NCBI RefSeq assembly: GCF_000143415.4
Contig: NW_003314374.1
Coordinates: forward strand, 476,030 to 540,029
Origin: Selaginella moellendorffii
Lineage: Eukaryota > Plantae > Lycopodiophyta
Length of the DNA: 64,000 nt
Direction: 5' to 3'
Shown: positions 21,182 to 33,770 of the stretch, piece after piece
How positions within the stretch are numbered: position 1 is the first letter of the stretch
Layout: each line of letters begins with the position of its first letter
Program-made: the position numbers and the translations under genes
The notes under the pieces: generated by a model
What the model was told of the DNA's origin: nothing
Databases searched by the model: none
The model's input: the letters and a program-made list of their open reading frames with translations, nothing else

Positions 21182-21366
21182 GCGTTGCTACAATTTATTA
21201 TTATTATTAGTATTATGTAATATAATACTATCCATTAAAAAATACCTTCGTGACAAAAACAAAAGGTTCAGGGTTTAAGAAGGAAAGAAAAGGGATATCA
21301 CATTTTTGTTTGGAGCCCTAACCCGTGTAGGGTTTTTTCCTCAGCTGAGTTCTCTCGCCTCCGGGC

Positions 21367-24300
21367 ATGGCGGCCGATCTCAACGCCGTCTATACGCTCC
21401 TCCAGAAGGCGCTGAGCCCGGAAGACTCCATGCGCAAGTCGGCCGAGGCAAATCTCACGGCGCTTGAGAGTCTGCCGGGTTTTTGCTCGTGCCTGCTGGT
21501 ATGTAAATAAATCCGTTCGATACCTTCCCTCTCCAGGGCTCTCATGGAGAAATTTCGCTTCCAGGAGATCATAGCGACGCGAGACTTGGACGATCAGAGC
21601 GACGCGCGATGGCTGGCTTCGGTTTATTTCAAGAACAGCATCAATCGTTACTGGAGACATAGACGCGATGCGCCGTAAGTTGTTTGCGCAATGCGTCTCA
21701 GTTATTCTTCTTACGGAATTCTTTTTCCAGTGGGATTCCCTACGCAGAGAAACCATATCTACGTACGAAGCTACTTGGCTTGATAAGGGAGGAGAATCAA
21801 AAGGCATGTCCTTGATAGTTTCTTTCTCACAAGCCATTTTTTGTTTACATTCTTTGGTGGATGCACAGGTTGCTGTTCAACTCGCTGTGTTGATCGCAAA
21901 GATTGCTCGGATCGACTATCCTCGCGAATGGTATCTCGTAGAGCATTGGCCAAGTTTCACGCATTTTGGTTGCTGGCTGCATTGTCACTAGAGAAAGCGT
22001 TTCCAGGCTTGGTTTCATCTGTGGCTCATGGTTTGCAGGCAAGACTTGTTTCCAAATCTGCTACAGAACCTCCAGTCCTCGGACGTGCTTACTACTCTGA
22101 GAGTGTATATGGTTCTTTACCAGATATTGAAGGAGCTTTCTACAATGCGTCTCGCAGCACACCAACAGAACTTTCACACGGTATTAGCTCGTCCAGCAAT
22201 TGACACTGAATGCACCTATTTTAATAGCTTCTTGCAGATCACGTCTCAACTATTCGACTTCACTTGGCAACACTGGTGTGCTGATACTCAGGCTATCGTT
22301 AATGAGTTTTCGGCCTTTCTTTCGAGTTCAGATAGATTTGTGTCGTCCACACAAACGTTGCCAATGATCCTCGAGAGATGGTTACTATGCGTAAAAGTTC
22401 TCGGTCGTATGCTAGTATTTGGTTTTCCTAGCGATTTGAACTCTGTACAGGTATGGTTGTTCCTGCAGGTGATATTACTAGTCTGATGTTTTATTTTATT
22501 CATTCATGATAGGAAGTCCCACCCGTTAAGCAGGTTTGTCCAGCTATCTTACAAACGATTAAGTCGTTCCTGCAGTACAGTAAGATATACTTCAATGTGC
22601 AGGGTATACACTCACTCACCATTGTAACTTGCAGGAGCGGCATTTCCTGGCACACATCAATTGCATTCTTTTATGGAGAAGGCACTATTAAAACTTATGA
22701 AAGTTCTGGTTACGGTTCAAAATCATCATCCATTCTCGTTCAGCAGCGAGCTTGTGCTTCCTCCAGTCCTCAACTTCGCCTGCGACCAGATAACGGAGCA
22801 GAAGTGGGACACTGATTTGTTCGAGCCTTTCTTAATGCGATGCATGCATTGCGTTCAACAAGTATTGCAATGTAAAGCGTATAGGCCAAGTAAAACAGGG
22901 CGAGTTCTTGGTGAGATCTCTTTAACAAGAGACGAGACCAAAGCCAAGCTAGCTAGACAGGCTGAACAACTACTGAGCTCGTTACTGGACAAGAAACGCG
23001 TGTTGCTGCTATGTGAGACGCTCTTGAGAAGGTTTGCTCTAGAAACACAGCTTCAGTATTCTGACCGTATGCTCTCTATAACCCAGGTACCTTGTCTATA
23101 CGTCCAAAGATTTGGAAGACTGGGCACAGGATCCAGAAGCATTTCATCACGAGCAATCTCTAGTGCAATATCATGACAAACTTCGACCCTGTGCGGAGGC
23201 GCTCTACATTGGATTATTTGAAAATCATCGTGAGGTAGGCTGGCGACGTAAATAGGTACTATGTTCTTGTCGGATCATGTTTTTTGTTACAGGTTCTTAC
23301 ACTTTATGTTGTTGAAGTGCTTCAACAAGTATCACAAGATTGCCCGCCACCAGAACCAGATGCAATTGTGCAGTTAAGCCCGGCTTTGCTTACTAAAGAA
23401 GCTGTTTATGCTGGGATTGGTCTTGCATATTATGACCTCCATGACTACATTGACTTCAAGCTTTGGTATGCTTTTGTAACTCACGATTTCAGTATAACCG
23501 CAAAAGACTCTGTTTAATCAGGTACGAAGGGGCTTTGGTCAAGGAGTTGAGGAATCTTCATCCCAACAACCGATTACTTCGCAGAAGAATAGCTTGGCTT
23601 GTCGGGCAATGGGTCAGTAAGGTATGTAATGGTTGAAATCCTCGGATTCCTAGCTGACTTTAACATTCCTCAGATCGATAAGGATTTGAGGAGGCCGATT
23701 TACGTTTCGCTTTTAAGATTGCTTGGCGATGGTGATCTTGCTGTCCAGGTATGTATTCGGCTTGTTTAGTACATACTTGTAAGACCACCCGTGCAGCTAG
23801 CTGCTTGCCATTCCTTGCAAACTCTGATTGATGATGTCCACTTCTATGAAGAAGAGTTTGTGGAGTTCGTTTCTCCATGCTTGGAGCTTCTTTTCGTGTT
23901 TATGAAAAATGCTCAGGAGCTGGACTCGAAGGTTAGTGTTCTTTATTTCTATATTGTCGTTACTTCTTTTGCGTTGTGCAGCTGCAAGTATTCAGCTTGG
24001 TCACGCTTATCATTGAACGCCTTGGGGAGAAAGTCGTGCCTTGCACGGAGAAGATCATGATATTTCTACCTCAAGTACGAGAATTCTCTCCTCTCCTTTT
24101 TTTAATGGATTTTTCTTTCGGTGCAGGTTTGGCAGAGCTCTGAGGGACAAAGTCTCTTGAAGATTCAAGTGGTTTTGGCCTTGCAACGGCTTGTTGCAGC
24201 CCTTGGTTCACAGTCACCGTGCTGCTATACTCTACTCGTTCCCATCCTACAGCATGTGACTGACGTTAATCAGCCTGATGAGCTCAACATACTAGAAGAT

Positions 24301-25636
24301 GGCTTGCAGGTAGGCAGTTTTTATTAGCTTGATTTCATCGCTAATTTCGTCTATAGCTGTGGAGCACAACTCTTAGACATGCTCCAGTTATGATCTCTGA
24401 GCTCCTTGTTTTCTTCCCTCACCTGGTGTCCGCCTTGGAAAGAAGCATCGACCATTTAGAGGTACTTGCAACAAAAAAATTATTTCCCTTTCTCATTGTT
24501 ATAAATGTTTGGCGCAGGTCTCTATGGGGATCGTTGAAAGCTACGTTCTTCTCGGTGGCGCAGAATTTCTAAGTCGTCATGGTGCTGGTGTAGCCAGCAT
24601 CTTCAAGATGGTGATTGGTCATGTAAAAGAAAAAGGAACAATTCGCGCGTTATCGGTTCTAGATACGCTGATTCAGGTACTTTACACCTCATTTTGGATC
24701 ACGCTGCCCTTACTACGTGTTCCTCTCGTGCAGTGTTTTCCTGTGGATGCACCGCCGCTGTTGGAAGAGACCTTGCAGGTAGAGTGTGAGATCAGAATCG
24801 GGCTTTGAAGTAACGCTCTTTTGTTTATGTCGGCAGTCGCTCTTCGTGATTGTAATTAATGGCCGGGATGAAAGTGACGCTGTGAGGGCAATGGCGGGAG
24901 CTATTCTGGCACGAGTTCTCGTTCAAAACAGTAACTTCTTTGCCCATTTGAGTGAGCAGCCATCTCTGTCGCTCAAGTTGCAACAATCAGGAGTGTCTCT
25001 CAGCGCAAGTCCGGTGGTGCTATTTTTCGATTCCTGGCTAGAGAAGGTCGATGTCTGGGCTGACTTTTAAATTTCCACAGCCTCATGACTCGTATGGCAG
25101 GTCGATTCCTTGACAACCGCGTCAAAACGAAAGGTGTGCGGGCTTGCGCTTTGCATTTGGTTGACGTCCCGGGAGCCGCTTATACTCGACAGACTGGAGC
25201 AAATATTGGGGTGAGGTTTCTGGCTTTGTATTCTCTCTGTGTTTATGGGATTGTTTCCAGAGTGTGCACAAGCATTCTCGAAGATGAGAAGAGCGGAGTT
25301 GCAACAGGCAGGTCAGGATATCTTTGCGTGCGTTGTTTTGTCCACTCACCGCCATCTCCTTCCTACAGTGGTGATTACAACTGGCAAAACACAGAAGACG
25401 GGAGCGAGTCTTTCAGGAAGCAACAGGTGTGGTTGTGGTTTCCATTCTCTACTCATTGTAACTTGTGATGAAATTCCTTCCAGATTATCAACTCGGATCC
25501 TGTGAACAATCTCTCGCTCGCTCCCTTGCTCAAGGAGCAGCTGCGGACTTGTGCCAGCCTCCACGGCGAGGCGGCATTCAACGTTGCTCTGTCGAGATTA
25601 CACCCCAGGCTGATCACGCAACTACAGCAGCTATGA
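21367..25636 (+). CDS. IPO11: Importin-11 / KA120-like karyopherin-beta, more than 20 exons
   Basis: IBN_N domain: RKSAEANLTALESLPGFCSCLL..ASVYFKNSINRYWR..IAKIARIDYPREW. Also EDWAQDPEAF, LRPCAEALY and RRIAWLVGQWV. One GC donor at 21804. Confidence 0.9.
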
Positions 25637-26412
25637 CGGCGATCTCAAATCTCTGGGTGCTCGGTTCTCAAGGACACGCTGTAAAAAAATGCGAGCTAGG
25701 TGACAAGTATTTTTTCTCGGGTTTCAAGTAAGTCCATCGTCTATGTACTTCGCTTACCTTTGTGTGCAGGATTTTACTGAGCAAGGCGGGGGGTAAAAAT
25801 AAATTTTGTGTCGCGTGTTTCGTGTGATGGTCCAAAATGGGATCATAATAATCGTGTAAAAAAAATCAAATTTGTTTTGTTTTAAATATCAACGCTGATT
25901 AAATTAAGTTTTAATAGCGAAAAGTCACTTTTTTAAGAGAGGAAGGTAGAACAGATCATACCACGCGCCTTTTCCTTGCCAAGCAGTCCAACTTTCTCGA
26001 GCTTGGCATCCAAGAGCTTGATATCCTTGTCTTTAACTTGGAAAGTTGCAATGGGCACCACTTCATAGCCCGATATGTGCTGTCCACACCTCTCGACACA
26101 TATGTAGATGTGATTTTCCCAATCGTTCCCGGAGCAACAGTCCACCGAGTCCAACACTTCAAAGCTCTTGCCCAGGTAAAAAGCCACAGCCTCTGTGAAA
26201 CCCATTTGGCCCACAGCTCATCAACGACAGATCTTTTTCGCTTTCTTCTGCCGTGGAATCCTCTCTTTGGGATACTTTGCTCAGTGCTTTTCACCACGTC
26301 CCTTGAAAAGGCACCGTAACACAACCCGTCGCATCCACCCATGATGGAACTAAGAGAGAAAAAAGGACTTGGATACTTATAAGAGCGAGTAGTACCTCTA
26401 AGCTGGAGAAAA

Positions 26413-29359
26413 CTATTGGTTCATCGGTGGCTTGAAGAACAGCAAAAGCCTGTGAGCCTCTCCAAATCCTCCTCTCACCACCACAAGGTGCTCTTTGATC
26501 CATTCCGGGAGCTTTGCTGCCGGCCCTCCCGTGGTTACGTAGCGTCCATCCAGCAAAAGTATGGCAGCGTAGTCTTTTGCATGCCTGATTGCTCGTCCTG
26601 TTTGTCACGCTCATTAGATCCCGTGAGAGGGAGTAGCGAGACGTCTTACCAATGGATTGGTTCACGGCCTTGATGCACAGGTTTTCGTAGTAGTCCCTGC
26701 CTCTGTGGCCACACTGCTGGAGCGTGAAGCCTGTTCGCTGCTGAGACGGGGGCGAAGAGGATTCTTTCCTGTTCTTGGTGTTGTTTAGCTCGTCGATGTA
26801 CTTGATCTTCTCGAGGAGTTCCGGATCTCTTGAGCTTGGATACGGTAGCCCGACCATCACCACGCACCGTCCCATTCCATCGCTGAAGTTGATGCCTTCG
26901 GACATCTTGCCACCCACGACTGACAGTAGCAAAGCACCACCACCTGTTGTTATGCTTGTCTTGTATTCCTGTAAAACTGCCTCCACTGCGGACGCGTTTC
27001 GTGGCTCCCGGAAGATATTTTTCTTTTTGAGAATCGAGGAGAGGATGCCGCTCTTGTCCCAGCACTTGTGTACTTGAGACTCGTACTCGAACGACGGGAA
27101 GAAAACCACGATCCCTTCGGGAACAATGACGGATATATTTACCAATAGGCGTCCGAGCTCTTCAATCTGGAAGAAAGGTGTTGAGATGAAAGCAAAACGA
27201 GAGTAAGCAAAGGAGAGAACTAACCATTTGTGGCGAGCTGCGAGACTGGTACGTGAAGTCGAATGTCTTTCCTGACGGACCTTTAGCTATCGCCAAGGGC
27301 AGGATACTTTCTCCGGGAACAATATGTCCACACGAAAAGAAGTGCAAGCTTTCGTCTGGCACTTGAAAGAGCAAACGATCACGCATCTCGGCAACGGGTT
27401 GAAGAGTTCCTCCAGCCAGAATAACTGTTCGTGCCTGCTGGACAACCTGAAACAAGCACTTAAGCTAATAAGATTGAGATGTAGACGTACCTCAGAGAAA
27501 TGTTTTGCTGCATCCAGCATAAGAAACTTAAACATGCACTCCCCATCCGAGCTTTCAACGATCAAAACGCGGCCATCACTTTGAGCCGTCGTCAGTGACA
27601 CTAAGAAAGCAGCAAGAGCATGAAACCCGGCTGTGCTACTGGGCGAAAGCTCGTTTTGTTGCGAGAGATACTTGTCTCCATAGCCACTCACCTGAGACGA
27701 GAGAAACAGATTAAAATGGACACATCGCGAAACAACAACATAAAAAAAGCACCTTGTTGACGATGTTGCTCTCTTTGATATACCGACATAGCTTGAATAG
27801 ATTGATGTTGTCAATCCCAAGGGAGAACACAAAGTCATTGATCGTTGTGATCGCTGCTGGAGTTTGAACATCTTGCACCCCTGGTTCTTTCTCTCGAGAC
27901 CCGACTGACATTAAGCGTTCAAGGAGAGCCTGAACGAGGACAAGCAGCGTCTGAATATAGCGACGATTTGCGGGTGCCAGTCGAGTTCTAAACCTTGAGA
28001 GATACTCTGATAGCTGCGAGCTGACTTGCCTAAGCTGCACACCACGACCATTTTCTTAGCAGGCTCCACAAGAAGTAATCCAGCATTTTCCGATATAGAA
28101 CCTGGAGGGTCGAGAGTTGAGAGCTGTAGGTGTTCGTGACGGTGTCTACCAGGTTGTGTGCCTCGTCGAAGATGACCACCGAGTCCTTCAAGTTGATTCC
28201 CAGTGACTCGCGAGTGGCAGCGTGAAGGAGGGACTGATACGGTAGCACCACGACTTGAGCCATCGGAAGTGAATTCCGAGAGCCATAATAGGGACAGCTT
28301 CCAAGCTTCTGGCCGAGATGCACCAAGTCTTCAATGTCCATAGGCTGGGAAGCCACCACTGCTTCCTTGAATTGCTTTCGCTGACGCTGCTTCTTAAGAA
28401 AAGGACATGCCGAGGTTTTCGACTTGATCACTCTTTGGTCATCCACCTGAAAGAAGTTGTGATGAGAAACAAAGGAAGGAGAGTTCCGTGTAGATACCTT
28501 TTGGCTCGACGACTTCTTTTTCTTTTGAAGATCTAGGCAGCGGTCATTGATCCTGGAAGCACTCCCTAGCTTGAGTACGTCTACGCAAGCCAGCCCCACG
28601 TCAAGAGCCAGCTAAAGAGAACCAGCCAAACCTTGGTTGACGCACAGAGTTTTTCGCGATCCGAGAGCGATGGTCTTCAAGGAGGTAGAGAAACTCGTTC
28701 GTTTCAGCTCTCTGATAAACTGGGACAGCTGCGAGTGTGTCCGGCTGCAAAAGAAGATTTTAAGCGGCACCGCTTCTCCTTCGTCACCCTCTTCGTCGTC
28801 TTCGTCACTGTCACTAGATTCAGGCTTTCGTTTCATGGTGGTGGTCGATTCACCAGCACCACCGTCACTGCTGTAGTCTTCCAGCAAAAACTCCTCATCG
28901 TCTTCGCCTTCCACAGCAGCCTGTAAAGATTTCGATTTCCTGTGTGAATCTCTCTGCCTTCTCTGCGAGGAAGAATCGTCCGGAGTGCCAAAGAAATCAC
29001 CGCATTTCTTCTTCACCACTTTTGCCTTCGTGCCTACCAGCTTGTCTCGCTTTGTTGAGAATTCTTTCATCCACTCCGGCTCATCAGAATCCTTGTCATC
29101 TCCTCCTCTGCTTGAATCACTACCTCTATCTTCCAGCCACTGGAGCACGCTGCAAATAAGGCTCAGAGTCTTCCCAGTCCCTGCGGCAAGAGACCTCTCC
29201 TCACATTCGTTCCCCAAGCAGCAAAAGGAAGCCATTACCTGTAGGACTCTCGACGATCGCGACGCCGCCTTTCTCCAATGCGCCATAGACCGCTCGCATC
29301 AGCTGGAGCTGGATCGCGTATGGCTGGAAGGGGAATGCCGGGAATTGTTCCCTCGCCAT
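26413..29359 (-). CDS. DDX11: DDX11/ChlR1 Fe-S DNA helicase
   Basis: [65 protein letters not shown] and AVNQSIGRAIRH. Confidence 0.93.
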
Positions 29360-29552
29360 GGGAGCAAAAACCCTAGTTGGGTTTAAGAAAAAAAGTTGAC
29401 TTGACTGCAAAGATTGCGTTGACTGACTGCATTGATAGATTTTGAGCATTGCGATTGCTAAACCCCATTCATTTTCTGGATCATGAGTCAGAGAATATTC
29501 CTTCTTGGATAAACCCTAATAACAGTCAAATGGTTGACTGGCCCTCGTTGAC

Positions 29553-30399
29553 TTAACTCCGTTCGCTTAGACCATGTCTAATGAGGCATTTTTTTGTTTC
29601 TTGCAAGGCACTACCACAAAGACAAGAGATACGTCAAGAGCAGAGAAAAAGAGAAGAAAGAACAAGGATTACCTTCCAGCTCGAAGAACTTTAAAGCTGG
29701 CTTCTGCCGTGAGATCCACTATTGTCGATCCCGCTCGGCCAGCCGAGAGCTCCCCGGCATCGAAAACCGCGGCGCACTGGGGCCACAAGTGCTCGAATTC
29801 CTCCACGCAGATGCTGCTGGGCCTGCTGCTCGTGTTGGCGCTGGTGAGAGCGAGCGCTCCGTCGAAAGCTCTCGCAACCGAGCGTATGAAATCGCTGTCT
29901 GGAATCCGGATGCCAATGCTCAGCAATCCAGGATTCAGCGATTTCTCCAGCTCGCTCTTGTCACCTGCGATCAAAATCTGTAAGTTTCTATCATCTCTCG
30001 CGCTAAAAGAGAGAGTTTGCTCTCGCCCACCTCGATTCAAGACGAGAGTCACGGGCCCCGGGAGCAAATCGTGCAGGAGAGCGTCTGGAAGATGATCGAT
30101 CCGAGCGTATCTCTTCAAGTCGGGGACGTCGGCCACGCACACGGCCAGGGGACTGCCGGCATTCCGGCCCTTGATGTCGTAAATCCTCTCCACGGCCACT
30201 CTAGAGCTGGAATTCGAGATGAAGAAAATGGAGGTAAATTCTTTGCGAGAGAGAGGATTAGTTACCACGCATCCGCCGCCAGGCCATAGAGTGTATCGGT
30301 TGGGACGGAGATGACATCGCCTCGGCGGAGCGCAGCTATGGCGTGCCTCACATTCTCCTGGGTCGCCGCCAAAACCTTCTCCGACACAAAGCTCCCCAT
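29553..30399 (-). CDS. YRDC: YrdC/Sua5 (TsaC) threonylcarbamoyl-AMP synthase
   Basis: VPTDTLYGLAADA, IYDIKGR..PLAVCV, LLPGPVT, IGIRIP, LALTSAN and STIVDL across four exons. Confidence 0.9.
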
Positions 30400-30796
30400 T
30401 CACAACACACGTAAGCCCTAAAATTTCTAAAATGGGTTTAAAGCGACTGGGGTAATGAAAGGAGATTTTCTCAATTATCTCGTGGTGATAAAACTTGCAA
30501 GTTTTAGCAGCTTAGCGTTTGTTCTCTATTGGGTGTGTCTTAAAGTGTAGATCGAATCAATAACATTCTAGAAAAACATTGGAGCTCTTCTACAAATGAA
30601 GCTTTGATCGCTGTCTTTGTTTTTGTTGGTAGAGTATCGAAATTGAGCTGGAGAGGTTAGTAGTCCTACTTTTCCTATTTTCTTCGTCTTCTTTCCAAAA
30701 GAAGATGTGACTGGAAGACAACGAGTTCCTCAAGAGCTTAAACCGGAAAAGTCTGAAGAATAATTGGTGTATTCTCAGAATTATTACGATTTAAAA

Positions 30797-32474
30797 ATGG
30801 ATTCATCGAGCCGACTCCAACAAAAAAAATCCCTGGATTTGTTCTTGAGTAGTGGCAAGTCTTACTGAAGACACGTCAAGAGCGAGAAAAAGGCGCCATA
30901 TAAAGTTAAAACCAATACTGACCGTTGGTAGCAAGTTTAAACCGTGGCCGTCGATGCTAGGGTACAGAATTTAAATTCTTTCATGTTTAGGGCGACGCTA
31001 CGACAGCTTCTTCCGCTCAAGGTACTGGATCCAGGCCGCCTCGAGTTTCCAGCGATTCCGCTTCCACCCGCGAGCGATCTCCAGCGGCGCGGTAGATATT
31101 CTAGTGGTGGAGCAGCCACAGGGCGGATTGAAATGCAGCCCCTGGCATGTCCGGTTTGGTCGATTCCAGGGCTTCTTGCGCAGGGAAGAGAGGATTGTGG
31201 GGATAGCAGTGAACGATGTGGATTCGGGGTTTCATATGTATTTGAATCGCAAAGGGCAGGTCCATTTCTTCAAGAACAGTGAGGAGGAGGAAGAAAGGAA
31301 AGTAGTGGGCGGTTTTGTGAGGAGCTTCTATCGGAGAAAGAGATGGTTTGTGAGGCGTAGGCTTGCAAGTTTGACACCGACATCGCAGCAGCTAGAATCG
31401 CTCAACTTGAAACAAGGCAGGAACAAGATCACTTTCACGTTTGCGACTCGCGTTCTTGGTAAGAGACAGGTACAAAGCCATGGTTTTTTTTTCTTCTTGG
31501 TGTTGTTCTTTCTTACGGAAGAATGCACAGGTTGATGCTGGAATTTATTTGCTCCACTGGAGATCCAAGCTTGTGGTCTCGGATGTTGATGGAACAATCA
31601 CAAAGTAAGGATTTTTCTGCGTTTGAAGTTTTGAGTTCGCGAGTTTGTCTTGCTGCAGGTCGGATGTTCTTGGCCAATTCATGCCTTGGATCGGCCGAGA
31701 CTGGTCACAAGCTGGAGTGACACCACTTTTCTCTGCGATTAAGGTTTCTCTTTTTATGATTCGATTGAATTTTACGTTTATTTATTTATTTATTTTCGAC
31801 CAGGACAATGGATACAAACTTATATTCCTCAGTTCGAGAGCAATTACACAATCTTCCAGTACTCGCAAGTTCTTGACAGATCTAGAACAAGTAACTTAAT
31901 CGAGTTTTCTGGTTGATAAAATCTCTCAGTTCTTTGATCTTGAAAACACAGAATGGTGTGAAGCTTCCCGATGGACCTATCGTCATATCTCCGGATGGAA
32001 TTTTTCCATCTTTGTATAGAGAAGGTCAGTGGATTGCCTCGATTGTTTGTTAAACTCAAGCGTGTTTTTCTCTCTTCTTGCAGTGGTGCGACGACTTCCG
32101 CAAGAATTCAAGATCGCGTGCTTGCAGGTAAATTAGTTGAGCTCTTTGATCGTTGGTTTTGAAACGCTTCACCAGGAAATCAGATCTCTTTTCCCTCGGG
32201 ATTGCAATCCATTCTATGCGGGGTTTGGGAACCGCGACACTGATGTGATAACCTACCTCGAAGTTGGAATTCCTAAAGACAGGATCTTTACTATCAATCC
32301 AAAGGTACTTTCGATCGTCTTTTTTTTTTTTTTTCGTTTTTCTCGTGGATGGATCAATCAAGTTTGATGTTTCGGAAGCAGGGCGAGCTCATTGCGAGCA
32401 CTGCAGTGAACGTTAAGTGCTACTTATCTCTGCACAAGCTCGTTAACGAAATGTTTCCTGGCATTTGTGAATAA
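30797..32474 (+). CDS. PAH: Short lipin-type phosphatidate phosphatase (PAH); 5' end uncertain
   Basis: N-LIP segment [28 protein letters not shown] segment [33 protein letters not shown] and [11 protein letters not shown]. Confidence 0.8.
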
Positions 32475-32592
32475 ACAGAAGCAAAGCAGTGCTTATATAC
32501 TTACTATCCTCCCCTGCTAGCTATGGAAGATCTACATTCGCACAAAGTATCAAACACGGGTACCATCGACGTCAGAAATCCTTGTGCAGTTT

Positions 32593-33565
32593 TTAAGCTC
32601 CAGTGTAGTAACGCGTTTCCTGCATCAAGAGCAAAGATCTGAGAACGAAGTAGAGCAGAAAAAAGGCGTTATACTTTTGTAGATTTGGCCTGGCTCGCAA
32701 AATATCGCCAGGCTGTGGCTCATCCACTGTCAATGGATCAATCTTCTTCTGGAAGAACGAAAACCAAAATTTAAGATCACGAAACAATGCGTGAACTTAC
32801 TTTTTGCTTCACCAGCTTGAACTCGGCAGGGAGCTCCTCGTTTGGATAAAGCTGCGAGGAGAAGTAAATTCTCCGGATCCGACAATTCGCATGGACTTGC
32901 ACTCGAAGAGCTTCCACATATTTCGTACCATAAGCACGCCGGGTATAGTCTGCCAAGTTAAACTCAATCTGGTTCCATCCCGGTTGCAATCTCACAGGCG
33001 TAGAACATATCAATGGTCTCACCCTCGAGTTGGACTGTGCAAAGCAGGCGTTACACAGAACAGAAAGAGAAATTTTAACTGACCGCTGAATACCTCAAAG
33101 TTGGAGACCCGGAGATACCGCATCTCGTTGACACTGTCAAGTATCAACACCTCGAAACCAAAGTACGTCCCCAGGTTCTTGACAATCATCACCAAGTGGT
33201 GGTGCTTGATTCCCAGGGACAGCTTCGGATCCGAGGGACAAGTGATAGAATTCTTCTTGACATTCTGGCCGATGATCTCAATCGTGTTCAGCTCGCAGTC
33301 CTCGTCCACAACTCTTTTGATGTGTCCATTCTCCACTGCTCAGGACGAGAATGTATGAGTACAGTGGATCCAAAAGCCAAGAATAAGAGCTACGATACCT
33401 TCGTGCCTCCATATGTAGAGTGGCTTGAGCCTGCAAGACTAACGAAGAAAAGAAAGCACCAAAGAATCAGCAAAACGCCCAAAAAGGATTGGATCAAACT
33501 CAGTATACTGACCAGTCACTGTAAAGCAGCGTCAAAAACGCGTACTGGGGAGTGTTCTTGAACAT
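32593..33565 (-). CDS. Divergent CFAP20/BUG22-like protein; 3' end uncertain
   Basis: [67 protein letters not shown] and ELPAEFKL. Confidence 0.85.
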
Positions 33566-33770
33566 GGCTGCTGCTGCTGCTGCTGCCGGGAGGAAGACGA
33601 AGTCATGTGAAAGGCAGTTAGGATTCCACGTGGATCGATTCTTCGGCCGTTCGATCTCATTCCTTATCAGTTTCTATGAAAATTCGGATGAATCGACAAA
33701 ACAAAGAAAATGAAGAGACGATTAGATCAAACTCTCAAGAATGTGTGTTACCTATGCTTTCTTTCTCTCT

